Of a stretch of DNA of 64,000 bases, positions 57,922 to 64,000 are shown one piece after another. This DNA is from a virus. The position numbers and the translations under genes are program-made. The notes beneath the pieces are model-generated. The model was not told the DNA's origin and ran no database searches. It saw only the letters and a list, made by a program, of their open reading frames with translations. Every line of letters begins with the position of its first letter. Within the stretch, counting starts at the first letter, position 1. The stretch is from positions 1-64,000 of the IMG/VR virus record IMGVR_UViG_3300028802_000009; one strand, written 5' to 3'.

Positions 57922-58436
57922 TAGATGGCCGTCTGAACCATGAGTTGAAAGTTGTTCTGGTTCACGGGGGCCTGGATAACCGATCCGATGAAATAGGGAT
58001 TCGGCGCTCTGGGATCCGCGGCTATTGTCCACTCGTCTTCAGGGGTGAACAGTCCCCGCAGGCTAAATTGTAGCCTTGCGCCGACCGAGAACGTGTTCGG
58101 CACAAGCGGAGGCGTCAACCTCGACTGCAACGTGTATCGCTCATATGCGACCGTCGAAATTACCCACGTCCCGAAACACGCCACCCCAAATCGATAAGTC
58201 GGCTGGTTACGGGTCATCGATATGTACTGGTCGGCTGGTTCGTCCGAGCCCCAAAGGAGAAACCCGCCGTAAGTGCCATCAGAGTACGTAACCACGAAGT
58301 TGTCAGAGGTGGAGGCGGCCCAAGTCACGCCTTGGCCCCCCGGCCAGCCATTTCGGGCCATGGCCGCATCTACCATGACCGGGAAGGTCAGATCCTGAGT
58401 GAGGACAATGACATTTCTAGTTCGCGGGATTTCCAT
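57921..58436 (-). CDS. Decoration-like paralogue 2
   Basis: TGATG overlap start at 58436; GWPGGQGV.W, GGFLLWGSDE, YERYT, FSVGARLQFSLRGLFT. Confidence 0.75.
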   Translation of the reverse strand: MEIPRTRNVIVLTQDLTFPVMVDAAMARNGWPGGQGVTWAASTSDNFVVTYSDGTYGGFLLWGSDEPADQYISMTRNQPTYRFGVACFGTWVISTVAYERYTLQSRLTPPLVPNTFSVGARLQFSLRGLFTPEDEWTIAADPRAPNPYFIGSVIQAPVNQNNFQLMVQTAI

Positions 58437-58954
58437 CAGATGCTCACCTGTATCCCGAGATGTCCGTTGCGCTCCGGGATTGGCCGTTGCGTGACAAACC
58501 CAACGTAAAATTGGTTGGGCGCCCGAAGGTCCCCGGACAGCGTCCACTCATCCTCGTTCGTCCAGAGCCCAGACAGGCTAAAGACCAAGCGGTCGCTCGG
58601 GTTATACGTGATCGGCTCAAGCGGCCCTCCGCCCGTTCTGGAAGCGTAGGTGTAGCGCTCGTAGTTCGCGGTCGAGATCAGCCATCCGCCTGCCCCAAGA
58701 ACCACGAACCTGTAGACGGGCTGATTGCGAGTCATGGCCGTGAAATCATCGGATGCTTCATCAGATCCCCACAGCGCGAAGCCCCCGTAATACCCGTCAG
58801 ACTTCGTCGCCATGAGTCGATCTTGCGTCGTGTTGGCCCACTGAAAACCCTGGCCTCCACGCCACCCCTGGCGTGCATCGGTCTCGGTTACGTCTACCGT
58901 GATGGTGACGCCCTTGAAGAACACGATCACGTCCCGAGTCCGAAAGACTTCCAT
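58436..58954 (-). CDS. Decoration-like paralogue 1
   Basis: TGATG overlap; GWRGGQGF.W, GGFALWGSDE, YERYT, YNPSDRLVFSLSGLWT. Confidence 0.75.
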   Translation of the reverse strand: MEVFRTRDVIVFFKGVTITVDVTETDARQGWRGGQGFQWANTTQDRLMATKSDGYYGGFALWGSDEASDDFTAMTRNQPVYRFVVLGAGGWLISTANYERYTYASRTGGGPLEPITYNPSDRLVFSLSGLWTNEDEWTLSGDLRAPNQFYVGFVTQRPIPERNGHLGIQVSI

Positions 58955-59205
58955 CAAACTACCCTTTTGAGTTCGATTTTACGCATCGGCAGCTGGCCCC
59001 ACGCCATGACAACCATACGAAGCCTCGCAAGCTGGGTGTGGTCACCGTCCAACAAGGCAGCCCAAGAGCCGCCGATTTGCCGAAAGACGACCCGAATCGA
59101 GGCGAAGTCTTCCCAGCTCGGCATCAACTTCTCCGAGACCCCGTGCTGGATTAGTTGCAGGATAACCTTGTTCGCCAGAACGCTGGGTTTCTGCTCTTGA
59201 TCCAT
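58954..59205 (-). CDS. Small hypothetical helical protein
   Basis: 83-aa ORF between TerL and the paralogue triplet. Confidence 0.65.
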   Translation of the reverse strand: MDQEQKPSVLANKVILQLIQHGVSEKLMPSWEDFASIRVVFRQIGGSWAALLDGDHTQLARLRMVVMAWGQLPMRKIELKRVV

Positions 59206-59232
59206 CGTAGTAGGAGCTACCCAAAAAGATTC

Positions 59233-61308
59233 TCACCGAACGCCACGTGGAGCGCGTGGTCGGACCATGCGATATCTCGCCGCTGGATTTCGATCCGAGT
59301 GCATCCCGTGGGTACGGGCGCGCATCATTTGGTAGCGCTGCGCGGTCATCGCCCCCGTATCGCTCAGACGCATGCCGGGCAACGACCCGTAGACATACTT
59401 CTGATTGCGCATGCGGTCCGCAGTCAGCCAGACGGCACGGGTGAAAGCGTCGCTCATATCATCGTGGTAGTCGACACCTGGAGGGGCAGCGACCTCGACG
59501 ATGTTCTTGCTTTTGGTCTTAGCCTCAAGAGTTAGCAGCTCCTGAATGAAGGCAGAGTGCTTCTTCCCCGAGATCTCGCCCATGATGAACTTCGGGTAGT
59601 CGTACAGCAAGAGCCGCCTGTCGAACATGAGCATCTTGGCGTTCTGGTAGATGCGCGACCGCAGGTCGGGAGTGAAGAACTCGCATTTGAACTGCGTCAG
59701 CCCCTTCTTGAGCAACGCCTGCTCAAGCGGTATTCCGTTCCAACGGTCAAAGATGCCATCGGTGACGTAGAAGCGCTTGGTCAGCTTGTAGATCCACTCG
59801 CTGATCTCGTCGAACTCGAGCCTAGGAGCCTCCGCCAAGGTTCTGCAATAGTCGGTGGAATAGTCGCTACCAAGGTGCGGATTCGACTTCTTCCAATCCA
59901 CGCCGGCTTGCCAAACCTCGTGGTAGACCAAGACGACCTTGCCGCCAATTTCAGAGGTGATGAAGATGGCCGTGCCGTCCCGCATGAGCCCGATATCGAT
60001 GCCCATCTGGTGCGGATAGCGCGGTATTCCGACGTTCTGAGGCCGGTGTTCTTCCTCCACGCACGCCATGAGATCTTCTTCACGCTCAATCCAGCCGCGA
60101 ACTCGGCTGCTGAACTGGGCTCCGTGCTCGGTGAGAAACACCGCGGGGTCTTCGTGGTACTTCTGCTTGTAGTAGTCCGGCGAAACCGTCGGGTTGATTT
60201 CCCAGGTCGGCGCCTGAATGGCCAGCATGTTCTCCGAGCCGGGGCCAGCAGACATCGCAAGGTGATAAAGGTCGTAGAACTTGCCGCTCTTGTTCAGCGG
60301 GGATGAGATAGCGATAACCCGCGACTCCACCGGGTAGGATGACCCGTCGGGCTTGAGCATCGTGAGCCCGGTCTTCGGGTCCTTCGGAGAGTACGTCGCG
60401 GTCGACGGCGTCACAGAATCATAGATATCCTTGGCGCTCGACTGGCCAGAATCCTGATAGTGCGCCATCTCGTCCATGATCACCACGGCGTTGGAATGAC
60501 CGCGGAGACCCTTTGCGATACATGACTTGAAGGTTACGCGCAGTGTAGCCTTGCCATTAAAACTGACGAACTTGCCGTTCTGGTGTCGGGACGTTGGGCC
60601 GTAGCGCTCGATGTCATACGGCGTTCTAAACTTGATCTGCGACTGCGTGTTGTTGGCGATGTACGGCTTGAAGTAATCGCACTTCGCAAGGTGCGTCGTC
60701 ACCTCATTGAACAAGATACCCGCTTGGTCCTTATCGGTCGCAACCGAGATAATCTGAATCAGGTTGCCGTTCGGAAACCCGTAGTAGGATTGCGGGTTAC
60801 CGAAGTTCAGCAGCCGATAGATCTCGTAGCTGGCGAAAATCGAGCTTAGCGTGGTCTTTCCACCACGGCGGCCGATACTCAGCACTAGCTGGCGCCGCTC
60901 GCGATCTTGCTCGCCGATGTTGCAGCGCCCCTCGTTGTGCAAGAACGTCAGGTACTCGCGCTCCGTGAAGCGATACATGACCTTCGTGCCGAGCATGTCT
61001 TTGATCTCAATGCTCTTCTCCGTTGCGTCCAACGGCATGAAATAGTAGAGCTTGACCAAGAAGCGCTGCACCGGGTAGAGCCGCATCCCGAGGCCCCAGC
61101 TGGACTCGATGTAGTCCAGGATGTTGAAAATCTTAGGGCGGAACGGCTTGACCTCGTCAAGCACGAACTCTGTCTCTACCCCCGAGTCTTCATGCTCGGC
61201 TTGCGCGGCCGCAGCCGACTTCTGCTCGGACTCTAGCTTAGCCTGGGACGCGGCCTCTCGAATGAATCGAGCGACACCCTCCCCGGTTCGTTTCTTTTGT
61301 GCAGGCAC
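59233..61308 (-). CDS. terL: Terminase large subunit
   Basis: LYPVQ adenine motif, Walker A GRRGGKT, Walker B VIMDE, coupling ISSP, nuclease GIDIG and HDDMSDA. Confidence 0.93.
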   Translation of the reverse strand: MPAQKKRTGEGVARFIREAASQAKLESEQKSAAAAQAEHEDSGVETEFVLDEVKPFRPKIFNILDYIESSWGLGMRLYPVQRFLVKLYYFMPLDATEKSIEIKDMLGTKVMYRFTEREYLTFLHNEGRCNIGEQDRERRQLVLSIGRRGGKTTLSSIFASYEIYRLLNFGNPQSYYGFPNGNLIQIISVATDKDQAGILFNEVTTHLAKCDYFKPYIANNTQSQIKFRTPYDIERYGPTSRHQNGKFVSFNGKATLRVTFKSCIAKGLRGHSNAVVIMDEMAHYQDSGQSSAKDIYDSVTPSTATYSPKDPKTGLTMLKPDGSSYPVESRVIAISSPLNKSGKFYDLYHLAMSAGPGSENMLAIQAPTWEINPTVSPDYYKQKYHEDPAVFLTEHGAQFSSRVRGWIEREEDLMACVEEEHRPQNVGIPRYPHQMGIDIGLMRDGTAIFITSEIGGKVVLVYHEVWQAGVDWKKSNPHLGSDYSTDYCRTLAEAPRLEFDEISEWIYKLTKRFYVTDGIFDRWNGIPLEQALLKKGLTQFKCEFFTPDLRSRIYQNAKMLMFDRRLLLYDYPKFIMGEISGKKHSAFIQELLTLEAKTKSKNIVEVAAPPGVDYHDDMSDAFTRAVWLTADRMRNQKYVYGSLPGMRLSDTGAMTAQRYQMMRARTHGMHSDRNPAARYRMVRPRAPRGVR

Positions 61309-61332
61309 ATATCACCAGGAATGCGGCTAGAC

Positions 61333-61965
61333 CTATCTAACGAGGTCCGCCGCTCTCTCTTCCCAGCCATCCATTGCCGTAGTCAAACGGTTGAAAAACA
61401 GGTCGAGTTGCTCGGGGCCAAGAGTAGCGACGGCCGCATCCTTGACGATCTCAGTCCAGAGCTGGAAAACTCGTTGCAGCTTCTCGCCATGCAAGTCGAG
61501 CTGGTCAAACCCGATCTTGTGCATCTCAAGCTCAATGTCCGCGATCTTCTTCAGAGCGTCGATACGCCGACCCGAGATCGCGCTGGAGTCTCGGCCCATG
61601 CGCTCGTTGATGATGCGCTGGTAGGCAAGGCTGGCCGTCTCCCTGGCGACTTCTTTCTTCAGGGCTGACAGCAACGAAAGAGGGTCCTTGCCGGACGAGT
61701 TTTGAACTACCGGATCCCCGGATACAAACTGCTCGCGCTCTTCCGACAGCGCCTCGTAGTATTCGAGGTCCTCCTGTGATGGACGATTACGCACCATAGG
61801 GCGGGGCCTGTTTCCAAGTGCCTTTCCCCCGGCCATTGCTTGGTTCTTCGGCGGGACAAACAGTACTTGTATGGTTGGTTGAACGGTCTGTGTTTTTACT
61901 TCCGGGCCGGTGATCTCCGCCAAGAGTTCATCGGCATCGTTGTCATCTAATATATCGCTGCTCAT
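61333..61965 (-). CDS. Helical protein upstream of TerL (terminase small subunit candidate)
   Basis: Position, size (210 aa) and helical-hairpin character only. Confidence 0.4.
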   Translation of the reverse strand: MSSDILDDNDADELLAEITGPEVKTQTVQPTIQVLFVPPKNQAMAGGKALGNRPRPMVRNRPSQEDLEYYEALSEEREQFVSGDPVVQNSSGKDPLSLLSALKKEVARETASLAYQRIINERMGRDSSAISGRRIDALKKIADIELEMHKIGFDQLDLHGEKLQRVFQLWTEIVKDAAVATLGPEQLDLFFNRLTTAMDGWEERAADLVR

Positions 61966-61968
61966 ATC

Positions 61969-62382
61969 TCATTTCCCAACGGGCTTAGTGCCGCCTCCCC
62001 CATCGGTCTCCACCAAATACTGGCTGAGGTTCTTCACCGTGGCGTACCCCTTGTCTTTGGGGATCTGCTTCCGAATCGCCGTCTCCATGTCCTGATAGTC
62101 GTCACTGACACCCGGCCAGCCCTTGTTGACTAGGTCGAGGACATTCATGTTGTTTGGCTTCGGCTGAAACACGTCCTGTGGGCGTAGGTCACGACGATCC
62201 GGATCAATGGTATCAGTACGGCGAAGGTCAGTTGTGACGTAGTCCTTGAGCGTCGTCTTGGACATGCCTTTGGCCTTGTTGATTGGGCCAACCAGGTCTT
62301 TGACGTTCTTGCGCGCACCGGGGCCTTGGTCCGCTTTCTTGAAGCGGGCCGCAACACGCATGGCTACGCGACTGAATGTCAA
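61969..62382 (-). CDS. Basic hypothetical protein with N-terminal RVAARF-KKA leader
   Basis: TTGA overlap start with GGAGG SD; MTFSRVAMRVAARFKKA. Confidence 0.7.
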   Translation of the reverse strand: MTFSRVAMRVAARFKKADQGPGARKNVKDLVGPINKAKGMSKTTLKDYVTTDLRRTDTIDPDRRDLRPQDVFQPKPNNMNVLDLVNKGWPGVSDDYQDMETAIRKQIPKDKGYATVKNLSQYLVETDGGGGTKPVGK

Positions 62383-64000
62383 AGCTTGACCTCCCCCTGG
62401 CCGAACATAATCGTCACGTCTCGCGGCGCCTCGGTCGCTTTGACATCGACCACGATCTCATTCTGCATCTGGAATTCATCCACCATCGAGGCTCCGTTAT
62501 TCACGAGGTCCGCGTAAGCGATCGACGTAGAGCTACCGGATGCCAGTACGGCTCGCTGCTGCGCCACCTTGTCTGTGTAAGGCGGCTCAGTGACCAGCGG
62601 CTTGTTGATCTTGGAGCAATACCCCGTCTTCACCTGATGCACGCAGCTCATGCATTTCGAGCCGTACTTGAGGTACGGAACGCCGCGCGAGCCATAGAGA
62701 CGACTTGCCTCATCACAGCCCTTGCCATAATCGTCATACACGGAAGGGTCGAGGTAGTAGACCCCCTGCAGCCCTTGCTCAGCGACCACTCTCCGCAGCT
62801 CTTGTTTCGACGCCACAAGATCGCGTGGGTCGAACTGAGTCTTGAGCGCGGCGATAAGGTCCCGCCCATACAGGCCCTCGTTCATGTATCGAGACGCCTG
62901 CTTGATGACCTCTTTGCGCGCCACGCCACTTGTGGCGTACTCGGGCGTGTCGCCGTAGAAGCCTGTCATGGCTCCAAGCCGCTCCGGAGCCCCTGCCACC
63001 GACCGTGCAGAAGTACGAACAGCGTGATGAATCGCCTTCAAAGCCTGACTTGGGCTATCGCCCCAGCTCGCCGCCGTCTTAGTATTCAGCCCCGGCAAGC
63101 GACCCGCGGTGCGATGCTCAAGCAGCACGGCGTCCACAGTCTCCTGTGTGAGGATGTCCGCAGCTTGCTTCACCAGCGGTTTGCCGTAGAGCAAGCATCG
63201 CGTCTTGTTGTAGATGCAGGAGCCGCACTTCGATCCGGCCACGATGGCTCGAACCGTTGGGTTGTGCTTCGCCAAGAAGTCGGCGCCCTCGTGGCAATCT
63301 TGGAAGCTGGCCTGCTTCGTGTAGATCACGCCATAAAGCCCAGTCTCTTTTAGGATCGGCGCCCAGTGACTGTGGGTACGACGCAGCACGCTCTCATCAA
63401 AAGCTAGCCGAAGAGAGCTAGCCGTCTCGGCGTGGGACAAGCCCTTAACCATCTGACGGTGCAAGAAATCCTGGACGGGCTTGGCCTCAACGGCGAGCTG
63501 GTCCTGAGCCAGCTTGCCCTTCAAAAGCGACGACGCCTCAATCAGCTGCTCACGCGCCTGCACAGGGGTGGGTAACGCCGGCTTGTGCTGGTTGAGGCCC
63601 TGTCCTGCGTAGGCTTCAGATCGCCCGCTCCCCGGCGCCAAGTAAGCCGCCCTGATGCGCTCCTTGGCGGAAGGCGCGTCCGATGCCTGGATGATGCGAC
63701 CGCGGGCCGCCTGAGACCGCTCCACGGAACCTGCGAGCTTGTCCGTGTACGGTACCTCGCTGACCAATGGGCGACCGAACTGGCTGCAATGGCCCGGCGC
63801 ATTCGGCTGCGCCGTCCGGCAGTGTGGGCACCCGCCGCACCCAGTCTTGGAGAGGACGTAGCGCGAAGTCGGGGCGTGCTTGTTGATCAAGGCCGTGGCC
63901 TTCGCCGGGTCGAGCCCAGAAAAATCGTCAGCCACCACGTAGTAACGGCCGACAAGCCCGCGCTCCTTGAGCACAGACGCCAATACCTCGCGGTGCTCCC
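62379..64000 (-). CDS. Protein with three Cys-rich repeat modules (5' end beyond the window)
   Basis: Frame open to the window edge (EHREVLASVLKER); GL.G.(Y/I)Y ... CxxC...C....(K/R)PLV occurs three times. Confidence 0.8.
   Translation of the reverse strand, partial: EHREVLASVLKERGLVGRYYVVADDFSGLDPAKATALINKHAPTSRYVLSKTGCGGCPHCRTAQPNAPGHCSQFGRPLVSEVPYTDKLAGSVERSQAARGRIIQASDAPSAKERIRAAYLAPGSGRSEAYAGQGLNQHKPALPTPVQAREQLIEASSLLKGKLAQDQLAVEAKPVQDFLHRQMVKGLSHAETASSLRLAFDESVLRRTHSHWAPILKETGLYGVIYTKQASFQDCHEGADFLAKHNPTVRAIVAGSKCGSCIYNKTRCLLYGKPLVKQAADILTQETVDAVLLEHRTAGRLPGLNTKTAASWGDSPSQALKAIHHAVRTSARSVAGAPERLGAMTGFYGDTPEYATSGVARKEVIKQASRYMNEGLYGRDLIAALKTQFDPRDLVASKQELRRVVAEQGLQGVYYLDPSVYDDYGKGCDEASRLYGSRGVPYLKYGSKCMSCVHQVKTGYCSKINKPLVTEPPYTDKVAQQRAVLASGSSTSIAYADLVNNGASMVDEFQMQNEIVVDVKATEAPRDVTIMFGQGEVKL

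Noticed and set aside
59233-61308. Intein or intron in TerL (also considered for UvrD and portal)
   Set aside because: Motifs are collinear, with no C-...-HN splice junction or LAGLIDADG/HNH insert seen.
7508-63353. Many long plus-strand ORFs in the track (e.g. 10535..11512, 48027..48899, 55914..56804, 62376..63353)
   Set aside because: They lie antisense to well-supported minus-strand genes, have Arg/Leu/His-rich non-protein-like composition and are expected shadows in high-GC DNA.
1-64000. Stop-codon reassignment, seen in some large phages
   Set aside because: Core genes are full length in the standard code, and TAA, TAG and TGA all terminate genes at tight junctions.

Overview
This 64-kb window (about 60% GC by eye) is almost entirely minus-strand and densely coded. 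It is the virion morphogenesis (late) region of a very large contractile-tailed dsDNA phage (jumbo myovirus). In transcription order (right to left) it holds: a Cys-rich repeat protein (partial), a possible small terminase, large terminase, three tandem paralogues resembling the capsid decoration protein, portal, a large charged head protein, Zn-finger prohead protease, scaffold, decoration protein, HK97-type major capsid protein, internal head proteins, a long fibre/spike cluster, neck and tail-completion genes, a 1443-aa tail sheath, and the tail tube (partial). Non-structural genes are interleaved: UvrD helicase, actin-like ATPase, Dps/ferritin-like protein, an ADP-ribosyltransferase-like + zincin fusion, glycosyltransferase + pyruvyltransferase, patatin, and an MqsA-like HTH protein. 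The most interesting pattern is a candidate capsid cargo-loading code. Unrelated proteins share a short terminal Y-x-Y-D-x-R-like tag next to (K/R)-x-A sites that are dense in head proteins and are likely prohead protease sites. A second RVAARF-like helix motif recurs, and several head genes contain in-frame nested starts. No tRNA, rRNA, CRISPR array or mobile element was recognised. All family assignments come from motif recognition by eye, not database searches.
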